Assembly (NCBI GenBank): GCA_951406725.2
Contig: OX597827.1
Location: forward strand, 26,226,001 to 26,290,000
Direction of reading: 5' to 3'
DNA length: 64,000 bases
From: Octopus vulgaris
Lineage: Eukaryota
The notes under the pieces are model-generated. The model saw nothing but the letters and a program-made list of their open reading frames with translations. It was not told the DNA's origin and did not search any database. This document shows positions 29,058-44,252 of the stretch, one piece after another. The position numbers were made by a program, and so were the translations under genes. Numbering within the stretch: position 1 is the first letter of the stretch; every line of letters begins with the position of its first letter.

Positions 29058-30284
29058 TACATATGGACAAAATAATGGCAACACTTCGCATCATAATTTT
29101 GAAATATCTGTAAAACTGTCAAAAGCTTGTTTATTTTGATGTTTTTTTTTATTTATTATTAGTGTTGCTTAATATGTTTTGCTAAAATTGCTGTTTCTTT
29201 TCAGGTATCATCAGAAAAAGGTAACTAAAATTCATTAAAATTACAGATCTATCGGACTTTCAAAGAGGTCAAATTGTTGGTGCTCATATGGCAGGCGCTA
29301 GCGTAACGAAAACAGCCGAAATGTTTGGTGTGTCTCGAAAGTAATGACAGCCTTTGAGGGAAAAACCTTCCTAATCGAAGAGAACCAAAACTTTCAGGCA
29401 GGAACTGTCGGACTCTTATGCGGATTGTTAGAAAGGATCACTAAAGTACAGCTCCCAAAATTACTGCAGATCTTAATGACCACCTCGAGAACCCAGTTTC
29501 AACAAAAACTGTTCGCCGCGAGCTGCACAAAGCCAGATTTCACGGGGGGGGGGGTTGCAATCAGAAAACTACTACTTTCAAAAACAAATGTTGCAAAGCT
29601 TTTAGAGTGGAGTAAAAACCAACAGAATTGGTCCCTAGAGCACTAGAGGAACGTTATTTTCTCGGACGAAGAGTCATCCTATTTCCGACCACCGGCCGAG
29701 TATACGCTTGGAGACAGCCAAAAGATGCATTTGACCCAAACTGCCTTCTTCCAACTGTTAAACATGGAGGATGATCTGTGATGATCTGGTGGTGGTGGGG
29801 GGGGGGCTATATTTTGGAAATTTGCCGGCGCAATGGTTTCCCTTCATGGCAGAATTAATAGTCAAGACTATTTAAACACTTTATCTGATCTAATTCTTCC
29901 TATGTTTGCGTAACTGTTTCCGGATGATAATTCCCCAATTCACACAGCTAAAGTTGTTACTGAATAGCACGAGGAAGATTCTAGTGAAGTTGATCATCTT
30001 ATCTGGTCACCACAGTCCCCAGATCTCAATATTATTGAAAATTTATGGTGTATTTTAGAAAAACAAGTAAGAAGTTGATATCTTCCACCATCAACACTAC
30101 AAGAACAAGAGACTGTTTTAGTTGAAGAATGGACAAAAATTCGTTTGGAAACAATTCAAACTTTGTACGAGTCCATACCTCGTAGAATTCCAGCTGTAAT
30201 TAATGCCAGAAGAGATCCTAACCAACATTAGATAAATTTGCTGGAAATTTTGAGGTGTTTCCATTATTTTGTCCAACTCCTGTA
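29058..30284 (+). mobile_element. Tc1-family DNA transposon, decayed, about 1.2 kb
   Basis: TIRs ggacaaaataatggcaacac (29065) and gtgtttccattattttgtccaactcctg+TA (30255-30284). Fragments translate DLSDFQRGQIVGA, NVIFSDE, PTVKHGG, DDNSPIH, WSPQSPDLNIIENLW (DDE), with frameshifts and stops. Confidence 0.9.
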
Positions 30285-30589
30285 TATATCACTTGATTGA
30301 TTATGGGCTGTACTTATAATTCTGGCAATCAACTAATTAGCGCTTCATGTAAGATACTCGCTAGCGTAGTGTCTATCTAATCGAATGAAGATCGGTGAAA
30401 CTCCGATTAATACAAAGCGTACTTTGCAACTCAAAGCTAAGATCCAGGAGGCTTAATAAAAACTGCGCAGAAGAAATAGTAATAAAGTCTTCAACATTCA
30501 GAAGTAGTCCACCAATTTCTGTGCAGGTGATAAATCGATTACATTGACCCCAGTGATCAACTGGTACTTATTTTATCGGCATAAAATTA

Positions 30590-32165
30590 TCAAGTCGATC
30601 CCTAAAGCTTTCTTTAAATTTGCCAAAGAAACAGAGTCAGTACGCCACAAGATATGGCTCCTCTTCTAAAAAGATGGCTCCCTCACAGGAAACTCTATGC
30701 AATTAAGTGAAATCATGCACGAACAGTTCCAAAGTGTGTTCACTACACCGCTGGGACACAGGCAGTTGAAAAAACCAGCAGAATTCTTTGCCACTTTACC
30801 TGTAAACAAAGACGTAAAAATCGAATACATAAACATTGAAGAAGATGTAACACTGGCCATAGTTGAGGTGGACACAAACTCAGCTGCTGGCTCTGATGGA
30901 TTTCCAAAGATCCTCCTTAAATCGTGCAAAACAGCCTTTGAAAAACCAATGCACCTTCTCTTTCAGAGATTCTTTGCAAGTGGTAAGTCCCCAGACGAAC
31001 TGAAGGAAAGGATAATATGGCCTATTCATAAGGGAGGAAGCAGAGATGATGCTAAAAATTATAGGCCTACCTGTCTGACCTCACACACCATCAAAGTCAG
31101 TGAAGGAGTAGTCCGCAAGAAACTAATCGCGTTCTTTGAAGAAAATGACTAACACCCAGCATGGATTTCAACACGATAGAAGCTGCCTAAAACAGCTCTT
31201 GCAACACTACGACTGCGTGTTAAGGCAGTTGCTAAATGCCTGAAGCGTGGATGTGGTATATTTCGACTGTGCAAAAGGCTTCGTCAAATTCGACTAAGGT
31301 ATAATGTCACAAACTGCGTGATTTCGATATAGGCAGAAAACTTGGAAAGTGGCTGCACGACTTGCTAAAAGACAGACATCAGGCTGTGGTGGCCAAAGGA
31401 GCCACCTCCAGGGAAACACAAATAGCAAGTGGTGTTCCACAGAGCACTGTCTTAGAGCCACTGCTATTCTTAGTGGCCCTCTCAGACATGCCCTCATGTG
31501 CTCAGATAGCCACCCATGCTAGCTATGCAGATGACACAAAAGTCTCTCGGCAATACAAAATCCTGGAAATATTGCACATCTGCAACGGAAATTGGACACA
31601 GGTTGGCTGAGGACAACAACATGCAGTTTAATACGGGAAAATTCCAGACCCTACGCTACCAGCACACAAAGCTAAACGACGCGCACATAGGATACACTAG
31701 CCCGGGAGGAATTGTAATCCCTGAATCAAAAGCAGTGCGTGTTCTGGGCACTGACATGGGCAATGATGCATTGGCTATAAAATGCAGACGGCTGGGTGTA
31801 TGGATCCTCCTGAACTTTCAAAAGAAAAGAAGACAATAATGGTCCTGTGGAAGGCATACGTCCTCAGCTGCTTGGGCTACTGCTCTCAGCTATGGTCACA
31901 ACACAATATAAGATTCACAGTGGAACTCGAAACAATCCAATGATGCTACACTAAGAAAATCCTCTGGATGCAGCGCATTAGCTATAGGAATAGACCGAAA
32001 GAATTAAAACTCCTCTCCCTAGAACGAAGGCAGGAAAGATATGCAATGATATACATCTGGAAAATATTGGAAGGACTAGTACCAAACATTGGCATTTAAA
32101 ATTACTCTAACTGCAGAACAGCACGCCACTGCATAGTGCCAAAGATCCCAGCATCGACATGGAAC
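30590..32165 (+). pseudogene. Decayed LINE reverse transcriptase (CR1/L2/Jockey group)
   Basis: AGSDGFP, KGGSRDDAKNYRPTCLTS, QHGF, SGVPQSTVLEPLLF, YADDT across several frames with stops. Confidence 0.9.
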
Positions 32166-32300
32166 TCCCTTATTGAAGAAATGTCACATATCAGAGGAGG
32201 TTTGAAATGATAACGTAGCTCAGTCAACGGTGGTGCCCAAGAATGACCGCCACTTTGAAGTTGAAACATTTTAAAGAATTAAAGAATCACATATATATAC

Positions 32301-32331
<31 letters not shown>

Positions 32332-32353
32332 TTGTGTGTATATGTGTGTATAC

Positions 32354-32401
<48 letters not shown>

Positions 32402-32404
<3 letters not shown>

Positions 32405-32600
32405 GGAGAGTTTACGCAAAAAACAAAGGACGAAGACAGGTGGTGTACAAAACAAACAGTTATATTAGTATAACACTCAGGAATAGAAAAAGTCTTTTAC
32501 GTTTCGAGCCTACGCTCTTCTACAGAAAGGGACACAGAAAAAACAAGGAGAGAAACAAGGAGAGAAAAAATGTGTGTAGTTGCTAACGATCTATCATGGC

Positions 32601-32684
<84 letters not shown>

Positions 32685-32867
32685 CGGGAAGGTTTACGAA
32701 AATAAACGAAAGACGAAGGCAGGTGGAGTACAAACAAACAAATGTATTAGTATGGCGCTCAGGAATAGAAATAGAACAAGTCTTTTACGTTTCGAGCCTA
32801 CGCTCTTCGACAGAAAGATACACAGAAAAGAAACAAGGAGAGAAATAAATGCGTGTAGGAGCTAACG

Positions 32868-32868
<1 letters not shown>
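32402..32868 (-). mobile_element. Two tandem copies (32402-32602, 32684-32868) of the short minimal-HHR-like element, each flanked by (TA)n
   Basis: Minus strand: cttt CTGT(A/C)GA a gagc gtag gctc GAAAC GTA aaag in both copies. Confidence 0.7.
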
Positions 32869-32901
<33 letters not shown>

Positions 32902-34580
32902 GCACATACTCATGCATATGTGTGACTTAGTAAGCGTATATGTATATGAATACGACGAGCAGTCACGCACGTTTTATCTACCGAATTCTATTCAAGTTTT
33001 ATCCGTTAAGCTTAGACTTTACTTGAAGCAAATATTTTAAAACTCCGTGCAATGGAATCCAGATACACCCATGGGGGTGTGATGCAAATTCTTAAACTGA
33101 ACACCCACTCGTCACCTCAATTCCTTTTGAAAATTGATGAAGCCCCCAAATCCTTCATATTTAAATTTCTATTATGTAGAAGAATTTAAGGCGGCATGCT
33201 TAGAGACATTTCAGCCGTCTTTACATTGATTTCACATTCCGCCGGGGTTGACATTGACATTCATCCTTCGAGATCGATAAAATAAGTACCAGTTAAATAA
33301 TGGGGATTCGATATAATTGTCATTTAGCCCGACCCCAACTTGTTCCTTGTACCAAAATTTGGCATCTATATGTAAAGTATTTGTATGCCGGAAAGCTGGT
33401 GGAATCGTTACAGCACCGAAAAACGTTTAGCAGTATTACCTCCGACTTAACTTTCTGATTTCAAATGCTGCTGGGTTCGACTTAGCCTTTCATTCTTTGA
33501 GGTTAATAAAATAAGTACCAGTTGTATACTGGGGTCGATCCTGGAATTTGAAACTAATATGTGTAAAATTTGTGGCGACTGAGAAGAATTTCACAAATAA
33601 AAAACGAAAAATGCGTTTCAAATTGATGTTTATTCGTAGATTTGACTAAGATTTGAACTCCGATTATTTCTATTAAAATAAGGTCTCTATAATTTATCAT
33701 GCTGCATCTGCCGTTCACAATTTACATTTCACACACAAAGTTACACACGCACGCACGCACGCACGCCTAACCCCGCTCCTCACAGAATGTTTTCGGTGTT
33801 TAAATCTGCCATCCCGATTAATCCATTCAAACAAGGCGTCCATGTGTCTATGACTTATGTGTCTTGAGAAATACTAAGGAATATTTTCTCAGATTCTTAA
33901 AACCCCATCAGGTAAATACCTACAGTTATGAATTTCCTATTAATATTGCTTATCTGAATACCGTCACTATATAACCTTCGGCTATATCGATTTTGGGTTT
34001 AGCTATTCTCACGCTGTGATCCATTTATCATAAGATGGTATTCACAAAAACATTGGAATGTTATTTTACAATGTTTAGGCCCTAAAGATAATAAATATAC
34101 AAGAAAAAAACCTTAAAACAGAAAGAAAGAATATCTTTAAAAACTTCTGAATTAATCTCCAAGCAAAGATTTTAAAACAAATACAGAACAACTAAAAAAA
34201 TTGTTTTGTCATATTTCCAAGTGTTCTGTGAGACAAAACAGAAATGCTGTTAAGGTAACCTGGAAGTTTGATCGAAGTAACATTGTTTAAAATATTTCTA
34301 ACATTCATCACGTGTATTTTACTTTATTATTCTGGAGTGCATTCAGTTATAGACAATCAAACATGCAAAGAAAACGCACAGACATACTGGCAGACGTTCG
34401 TATCAATGTACAATATATAAGGACAAAGGTATATATATATATGTATGAATGTATGTATGAAACATACAAATGTCTATTTCTATATGCATCTGTTTTTATG
34501 TGCGCCGGAGTGGATATGTCTATATATATATATATATAAATAAACATAAACTAACAATGTGTGTGTATAACATATACATA

Positions 34581-34648
<68 letters not shown>

Positions 34649-35540
34649 TGTATGTATGTATGTGAGTACGTCCTGAATTTTGAGTCTGTATTTGTGTATA
34701 TGGGTGTGGGTGTGTGTGTATGTTAAGGAGTGCAGGTCAATCATATAGTGTTACTGTGATGTGTAACGTTCAGCGTGTACAAGGATTAAACATTTTTCTA
34801 TCAAATTCCAACATCTCTAAAAATATATTATCGCTTATTATCCACCCCATCATATATATATATATATTGTATATGTATATGTATGTATGTGTGTGAGGGT
34901 GGGGGTGAAACTGGATTTGCAAGTACATTTAAAGCTATTAATAATAACATGCAAATATTGTGTTCAAACACTGTTTTAACAGTGACTTCGAAGTTTTAGG
35001 TTACTTGCTGTCACCAGGTTTTTTGATGGAGGCAAGTAATCTGAAAAATCACTATTTTCATAATTAACGAATACTCTCATGAAGAATACATCCATTGTTT
35101 GTTGGTATGTAGTAGTTCTCTCCATTGCTAAGCCACCAGAATTTGTGAAAGATCCTTATATCTAGAGGAGACTAAATGATTTTGAAGATTTTAAGATGTC
35201 TAAGCTGCCGCCTATCAAATACAGTGTAGGTTTCCATAAATATATCGTCATTCTTTCTCCGTATGTCTTGTTTCTGTTCTTGCCGTTGAAGCAAACGTGA
35301 GAAGTATTTTATGAAAGTTATGCACCATGGAATCGAAACAGCAGTGCGATAAGTTTGGATTTTCGATTTGAATATTTTACTGAATACACATAAACCTTTA
35401 TTCTGTTAAATACAGTTATTTATATATTAATTCAATAGACCGGCTTTTGTAAATCTATTCACAATTCTTAAGTGACTGATAATTATATACGGAAGTAATC
35501 TTCAGTTCTCTCGAATTATTTTTACTATTTCGAGTATTTA

Positions 35541-35750
35541 AGCGGCGAGCTGGCTGAATCGTTAGCACGCGGACGAAATGTTTATCGGTATTTCGCCCGT
35601 CGATACGTTCTGAGTTCAAATTCCGCCGAGGTCGATTTTAACTTACATCCTTTCCGGGTCGATAAAATAAGTACCACTTGAACACTCGGTGCCGATGTAA
35701 TCGACTCATCCCCACCTCCCCCAAGCTGCCCTTGTGGCAAAGTTTGAAAT
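35541..35750 (+). mobile_element. SINE family A (further degenerate copies at 33190-33560, 38850-39135, 44855-44985, 49855-49960)
   Basis: Family A motifs. Confidence 0.85.
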
Positions 35751-37906
35751 AATTATTTCGGGTATTTTATGCTTATTCTGAGATACTTGATTATCATCAC
35801 ACTATTATACACCTCTTTTAGATTTGGCTTGTCGTGTAATTTGGACGTAAGTATCCCGCTGAAAATATATCTTAATTAGTTTTAGAAAATTATTGGAAAA
35901 ATATGATTAAAATTCCAAATGTACGGACAGGGAAATCATGAAGAAACAGTTGCGGTTTCTTTAATTATTTTAATGGTTCACAGTTTTATAAAATGCCCAT
36001 TTAGTTGTTACACTCAGTGGACTGTGACCATCCTGAAGCACAGCTTTGAAGTGTTCAGTCAAACAAATCGATACCAGTAATTAATTTTTATAGTCTATTA
36101 CTTATGCTATCAGTTCCTTTTCCCGATAAGTTACGGGGACGTTCACAAACGAACACTGGTTAAGCAGTGGTGACGACAAGCACAAAGAAGATACCCAGAG
36201 ACACTTAGCCACTCCTATGTGTGTGTGTGTGTTGTGTACGACAGGCTTCTACTCAGTTTCTGTCAACCAAATTCACTTCCATTATAGCCAAGGATAAAGT
36301 GGAAGATGATTGATTTAGCTGCTGCAAAGTGCGATTGAACCACATGCCTTCAAGGCGAGCTTCTTGATCACACAGACGTACTTGTGTCACACATAAAATG
36401 AAATTAATGACGATGAGAATACCAGAATAATCGCTGAAGTTCCAGCAATATGTATTATCAGTTAACTTAAAGATGGTGAAGCTATGAACAGATATTGGAG
36501 ATATGCAAGAGTTTCTCATTCACATTTTGTTTTCTGTATGGTATATGATTACTTGATTATAGATGTGCATATCAGATCGAGTCGGTATTTTTGGTTTTCA
36601 AAACGTGATGGGTGACTATCAGAAGAACTGGAGCGAATAAAACGATACATGAATAATACGCTTTCAATGAGCCCTTAAGACACCCTTCACGCCGTCACTT
36701 GAGTCTCTAGAAATATTAATTAAGCCTTCATGAATCTCATCATAGAATATAAATGCCCGTGTAACGTATAGAATTACTTGAACATATAAAGGGCTGGTCA
36801 TATTTAGCTCTTAGGTTAAAAGTGTAACAAAAATAACCTTACAAAATAATCTTACTAAACGGCACTTTACAAGATTTTGTCCTAAATACGGATAAAAAAC
36901 TGAAATATTCCTGGGTTATCTAGGTGCTCTATAGGTTGCATATATTATATCATACCCTGATACTGTGTGGATTGAAATCCCTATTCATAGGCCCCTGGCA
37001 TTTTGAAATAAAGTGTTATCACCTACGGCATACAATTCGTAGCTTCAGTCATTTTGTAGCTACTGTAATTGCGGAGTATATAAACAAAATGGCTGCTTGT
37101 TTCTCAGGGATAAATCAAATTGATGTAGAAGCCTCTGATGAGGACCGGAACGCGGAAAACAATACATGAAGTATATCAACCATGTTCTTCATTCTACAGC
37201 AAAACAAATAAACTAGGCCTATTTCTATGGGCGCTGTATAGTTTACATATATATACTACAGCACACGAGATTGTGCTATCATTAGTGATACTGAGACAAA
37301 CAGTCATAGTTATTTTTTATATCGATAATTATACTAGTTCTTAGTCTAAAACACATTTAGTTGCCATCAGGTATAACATATCTATATCATGCCTAAAACA
37401 TCGCCTTGTAGAGTGTGCGTTGTTTTACGTCTAACTTCGTTCGTTTCCGTATATTTTTGCTATTACCTAATGCAATATCGGTGTGATTTTATTAATTAAT
37501 GCCAAGATTACACTATAAATTTTCATTACAGCCAGTTGTGACTATAATTTTGAAATTTGAGCCATGTTTCGATTTATTTGTTTATTTTTTTTTATATATA
37601 TATTTTTGTTGCATTTTCTGTTGCGCTTTATGAATTATCTTTTACGGGGGTAGTGGGAAGTAGTTGGAGGTTTTGCGCTTTGATTTAATTTTAATAACAG
37701 AATATGTCCCCCATTATAGCCACATCGGCTGTGTTGGAGAATACACGAAAAAACAATTAGAATGCTTGATTTCTACTAATAACCGGAGGTGGTGTGGTTC
37801 AAAAGACGGTTCCGAAACATGGATGTGGAAGGTGAACAGAGGCTGGTTAGGAATATAAGAATAAACGAGTGACAAAATATGGCGCGGAGCGGAAAGAGCC
37901 AAAGAA

Positions 37907-37916
37907 AATAATAATG

Positions 37917-37977
<61 letters not shown>

Positions 37978-38012
37978 CAATAATAATAATAATGATGATG
38001 ATAATAATGCTA

Positions 38013-38058
<46 letters not shown>

Positions 38059-38123
38059 CAATAATAATAACGTTAATGATAATAATGATGATAATAATGA
38101 TAGTAATAATAATAATAATAATG

Positions 38124-38175
<52 letters not shown>

Positions 38176-38197
38176 TAGTATTAATAATAATGATAGT

Positions 38198-38233
<36 letters not shown>

Positions 38234-38320
38234 TAATAATGATGATGATGATGATGATGATGACGACTTCGACACCAACAACAACAACATCAATAACAAC
38301 GACAACAACAATAATAGTAA
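37907..38320. repeat. (TAA/TGA/CAA)n microsatellite
   Basis: Directly visible. Confidence 0.95.
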
Positions 38321-39133
38321 AGACTTTGACGTAAGAGAATTTTTTTTATATTTTAATTTTACTTTTGCAACGAAGCCAGAAAGTTCAATTTATTTTTTCT
38401 GTTAATTAATGATTACAAAGAAAAATTTTTGAAAAATAGTTTTTTATATTTATTTAAATTTTTTTTTCAAGATTCTACAATCTGATTTCATAAAACGTAT
38501 TGGCTATCAACGACATGGACTATCTTTATTCAATATCATATGCAATACGAGGTACTGGTTACATAAAAGTGACTGGAACCAGTCACTAAAATAGCGAAAT
38601 GCAATACAATTACGTCCTCACACGTTACCTCGAAAAATGATTTATTTGGAGTATTTGAGGTTATTAGAAATATTACGACAAATATTCAAATATTAACCAC
38701 ATATATATATTACGTACAGAAATACTCTGGTATCTTTCCATTCGTGAATTTGATTGGATTAAATAGATGTTGCGATTAAGTAACAGAGCACGATCATACG
38801 TTGCCGACTCGAACCGTCCTGTGAATTGCGAAATAAGAAATAGGAACAAGATGGTGAACTGGCAGAGTCGTTAGCACGACGGGAGAAATCCTTAGCAACA
38901 TTACGTTCGTATTTACGTTCTCAGTTTCAACCCCTTTCGGGGTCGATAAAGTAACTTTCAGTGACTACTGGCTTCAACGTAATCCAGTATGTCCTTTCCC
39001 CAAAATGTCAGGCTTCATGCCTATAATAGCGACGTTTCGACCGTCATCACGTCGAAAAATAAATATCAGTAGAGAACAGAAGTCAATGTAATTGATATAA
39101 CCCTCTCCCGAAATGTCTGACCTTGCTCCAAAA

Positions 39134-39136
<3 letters not shown>

Positions 39137-39188
<52 letters not shown>

Positions 39189-39735
39189 GAGTGAGAGAGT
39201 AGCGCATGCCATTAAAGTGACACCGGGGTGCAAATATACAAAGCCCAATATACCCATCATGTCCACCCATCTGATAAGGGTGCACCAGGCACATGCATCC
39301 CAATCCTATGTGTGTGACATGGTGATTTCATATCAAGATAAGCAGCGCATGATCTTGCAGGTGGGGCCCATTTAGAATTATCTTCAGGTCGAGCAGCCCA
39401 TCTTGCTCAAAATCCATGAATAAGATTTGTTTTAAGGATGATGTACGAAATACCCATGTTTCTAGAAATAAATTATAAAAAACCCAAAGAATTCCCTTCA
39501 ACACATGGCTATGATGCTTCCCTACTACTTCTGAGATGCACATCACATCAGGCGTTAAGGGACATGCTCAACTGGTTAAGGTCAAACAACTGACAAGCAA
39601 ATCTGTGGTATTGAGCAGAATATTTGCTGTAGGCCATCATTTATACCAAGAAAAAACAAATCAGTTACAATTAGAGGCCATGAGAGCCACTGCCTGGTAC
39701 TGCATCAGGCCATAAAGTGCCTGGTACTGCATCAC
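39137..39735 (-). mobile_element. Probable non-coding retroelement of about 530 bp ending in a (TAA)n tail
   Basis: GC-richer block abutting (TTA)n at 39137-39186, with a duplicated terminal motif tgcctggtactgcatca (about 39692 and 39718). Only one copy is in the window, so the call is an inference. Confidence 0.5.
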
Positions 39736-39866
39736 GTGTGCGTACAACAGCGGCGATTCGCGTGTTATTTAATCAATCCTGGGTCGAAAAATAAGTATCA
39801 GTTGACGACTGAAGTCGATATAATTGACTTAACCCGCTCCCGAAATTGTTGGCCTTTATCATTATC

Positions 39867-39914
<48 letters not shown>

Positions 39915-41405
39915 TGTTGTTGTTGTTGTTGTTGTTGCTGTTGTTGTTGTTGTAAGGGAGGTAAGGACAGCGAATAGGCGAAATCGTAGGAGAGTCGAAC
40001 AAAAGTCTTTACTTTACCTAGTTAATGTAACAATTGATTTCACTTCCCTTCAGATCATAAATGAAGGCCTTTTGCTGAAATTAGAAACCATTATGACTGT
40101 TGTTGATCTTAAAACCAATATCTTTGAACTTTCGTTTGATTCAATTATTAGACCGCGGCCATGCTTGGGCACTGCCTTGGCCACACAATGGGACTGAACG
40201 CGGAAGTGAATGGTTGAGGAGTAGACTTCTTACCACACAGCCAAAACTGCACCTACCACGTAGTGTTTGGAGAATCCGGGTGATAGGTGAGTAGAGGCAG
40301 TTGTTTTTTGTTTTTATTTCCTCGTTTATTCCGTTTAAGTTTTGCAACAGATGAAGAATTTGTCCGATGGCAATCAACTAACTTGCTTTTTGCAATGGTA
40401 TGCGTTCTTGGAAAAGAATCATTCCCTCCAGCAGCGTGAAAGTTTTTAAAAAATGAAAGCAAAAGAAAAAATAAAACAAGCAATGACTATTTCAGAGATT
40501 GGTGATGAATGGTTAAACGTTTTCTGTTTCTCTTTGTTTTAAGTGTCGTCGACTTCATCAGGCTGTGGTACTTAACATACATTATATGGAAACTAAATTT
40601 GCAATGGCGGCCCACTTATGCATGAGAGTCAGCATCATAGATAATCTCCTTCACACTACTTGATGGTAGAATTTCCAACGTATTTTCCAATCGCTTTTAT
40701 CGTATATACAATGTCATGTTCAGTAGTTCTCCGAAATATCGAATTATTCGTTCAGAGACTGTAAGATAACATTTGGAACACATCACAGTTGAAATTATCG
40801 AATCTTTCATGAACGATGTTGGACAGATGTAGTTACATGTCTATTTTAAATAATAAGAGACTTTAATCTTTTAGTTAATCAGATATACGCCACACACTTG
40901 AAGTTTAGTCGCATTGGTCGACATTTTGAATCTGGTTGGCTTCAAAGTATTCTCTATGTAAATAGGAAAAATATCCATTTGTGCATAAGAGATTAAATTT
41001 CTAATGACTGGGTTGGCGGTTCCAGTTTCATGTATCCGGTAGGAGTTTTGTTGCTATTATTTAAATCATTTTCAGCTACAGCATAAACGAATCAGCGTAG
41101 ACGTAATTAAAAAACAAAACAGAAAACGATTGCAATTCTGAGTAGTACAGTGTAATGGAGGATACAGTAAAAGCAGATTTCAAAAGCAGTTATCATATTG
41201 ATGCAAGCATAAAACAAAATAAACAATAGCTATTATAGCTGGCAACAATATATTATTACTAATGTAAGGAAGATAGGAAATATATACTTAGGTGTCATAT
41301 TTTATTTTCACCGTGTATGCAAACAAATGAATAAGCACACATACATTCATGCACACACAGACACACTAACACGTGTGTGTGAGCGTGTGTCTGTGTGTGT
41401 GTATG

Positions 41406-41450
<45 letters not shown>

Positions 41451-43329
41451 ATATATATATGTATATGTATATGTATATATGTATATGCACATATGTATAT
41501 ATATATAATATATAAAGAGATGGATAGATAGAGAGATATACTTGTGCATATATACATATGTATATACATGGATATATGTATGTATTTACGTAGATAAACA
41601 CACATGTATACGTACATATCTGCGTGCTTGTGCTTGGGTGTGCCTGTTTGTGTGCAAGAATGAAACTACAGTGATTAGATGTGCGTGATATTCACAACAC
41701 TCTGATACACTTTGATTTATATGAACATTGTAACTGAAATAACTTTTGTCAATCAATACTTCACCTCACAAGTTGTAAATATTCTTAGAAATCTCGAATT
41801 ATGTATTGTAACAGAAAACATTGTTTTCATATAATTAACCTCCGTATTTTACTGATACTTAACGATCATCCGTCACAATACTGAATGTCCTTCGATAGAT
41901 TCGAACCTCTGATACTCTTTATATGGATCACAATACGGATTCGTAATAAGTTCCACAGAATACGGATCACGGAACCTTGTTTTCTTTTGAAGAAACACAT
42001 AGCAGAGCAACTATGGTTAATGATGAACGCTTCGAGTCGAAACCTGCGCCGTTTGGACTACAGAAGTAATCCCCGCAGCCATAGAAATATTTAGAAGTGC
42101 ACTGGGGATAATTACCGACTCACATTTGTACATTGATTCACAGAGATATGGACGCAAATTTTAGGTAGTATATGCCGTATGCTTTTTATACAGATATTTA
42201 GATTACCTCTGAAATCATTTGACTTGAAATCTCAATATTTATTGAGCACATCAATGAATGTTTTGCGTTAATGTTACATGAAATATGATGTTTTATAAAA
42301 CGCAAGAGTCTATACCAACATCTGTGCATGTGTGTCTATATAACACGCATCCACCCACTCATAAGTCTAGTATATACTCACACACACACACTCACTTACT
42401 GGCCTTACTTCTCAGCTTTCTAGTACCCACAAAGACCCACTGGACTCCAAGACGACACCAGCTTCCTTTCTAACCACGCAGTCGAAGAAATGCTCTTTGC
42501 CAATATACTTGGTGTCGCTGTAATCGCCGATTTCACTTCTAACAAATCCATGTGACATGCTTTGACCCATGGCAGTAAATTTTCAAGTAGGCATCCAAGA
42601 ATTCCTGTTTCATCATTCGGTAGTTTGAGCCTTTTTGAACCTGAAGAAGCTGGGTTTCTGTTACAAGCTTGTGAAGGTTTAAGTCGTATGGGATCGAATC
42701 AAAATCGTTTAAATAAATTTAATAATTGTCTGAGGGAACGTTTGCTCTCGAAGCAAATAAAGTTATATATAACAGCATGTAAGTTTTGGTTTAAAAAATC
42801 ACTTTAGATAGAAAATGTCGATACTTAGTGTTACGACATGAAACTACATCTCATGCAGGCTGGACGTATGTATGTATGTATATACGTGTGTTACCTAATC
42901 TTTAAAATTAGGACTTCATTTGTATAACAACCTGAGGTAAATTTTGGGGCCATGCAATCTATGAAGAAGTGTACCCTAATTAAATTTCACATTATACCTA
43001 CCTAATCACCTAATTTTGAGTAGTTGGAAGAATATATCAAGCAAGTATTCCTAGATACACTATGCCTGAATAAGGACGAGGTGTTCACAAATGGAGTGTC
43101 TTTGATTATATTCTTTGTTCTGGCTGATTGGCTGACTTTAAAAAAAAATGTTCGCCAAGGCGGTGCCCCAGCAAGGCCGCTAACGAATGATTGAAACCAT
43201 ATCGTCTTGAAAGGAAGGAAAACTCACTGGACTAGAGAAGTTGGAAGGAAGAAGTTATGAGTGTCGCGGTTGGAACCTCTTTCATCGTAGGCCTGCTTCA
43301 TCTGGGACGCTATGGATACTAAACAGCAG

Positions 43330-43470
43330 AAACAACTACTACTACCATTACCCCTACTAATTCTGCTGCTGCTGCTACCACTACTACTACTACTACTACG
43401 ACTACTACTACTACTGCTGCTACTACTACTACTACTGCTGCTGCTGCTACTACTACTACTACTGCTGCTG

Positions 43471-43568
<98 letters not shown>

Positions 43569-43602
43569 CCTGCTACTACTACTTCTGCTGCTGCTGCTGC
43601 TG

Positions 43603-43659
<57 letters not shown>

Positions 43660-43660
43660 T
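43330..43660. repeat. (CTA/CTG)n microsatellite
   Basis: Directly visible; the poly-Leu ORF is an artefact. Confidence 0.95.
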
Positions 43661-44054
43661 TTTAATTTGCTTTCAATTCTACTCCCTTTTATCCGTTCCT
43701 GTCATCTGACTTCAAATTTATTTATTTCCAAATACATTCTTTGCTGCTCATCTCTCCTCCCATCTCCATCCCTTATGTTTTCTTCATCCACCATCCTCGC
43801 TGCATCTACACACACACACACACACACACACTCTGAAGACGGTTCTATTCCATCATTTTTCATGTGGCGTTTCCAAAGACGGTCTTTATTTTCTTTGACA
43901 CTTTAAATTATCGCTTTGTCTATCTATTTGTCTGTCTGTGTGTCTAGCAATCTATCTATGTATGTATCTATCTATCTCTCTCTCTCTCTGTCTCTTTGTC
44001 TGTCTGACTGTCTTTCTTTCTCTCTCTCTCTCGCGCGCTCTATCTGTGACTGCT

Positions 44055-44086
<32 letters not shown>

Positions 44087-44156
44087 ACTCTCCCTATCAA
44101 TCTATCTAACTGTGTACCTGCGTTCTGTCTGTCTGACTAGCTCTCTCTCTCTCTCC

Positions 44157-44213
<57 letters not shown>

Positions 44214-44214
44214 A

Positions 44215-44252
<38 letters not shown>

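Noticed and set aside
37135-37160. ctgatgaggaccggaacgcg as a minimal HHR
   Set aside because: GAAA is GGAA, and there is no NUH site or stem I.
37714-38405. Poly-Leu/Ile membrane-protein-like ORFs (also 43312-43665, 45989-46493)
   Set aside because: Trinucleotide microsatellite artefacts.
39031-39054. Minus-strand gtgatgacggtcgaaacgtc as a minimal HHR
   Set aside because: The core C3 is missing and no stem I pairing is present; too short to support.
40480-41040. Possible decayed Tc1/mariner transposase on the minus strand
   Set aside because: Only a vague motif resemblance; could not read a convincing frame or TIRs.
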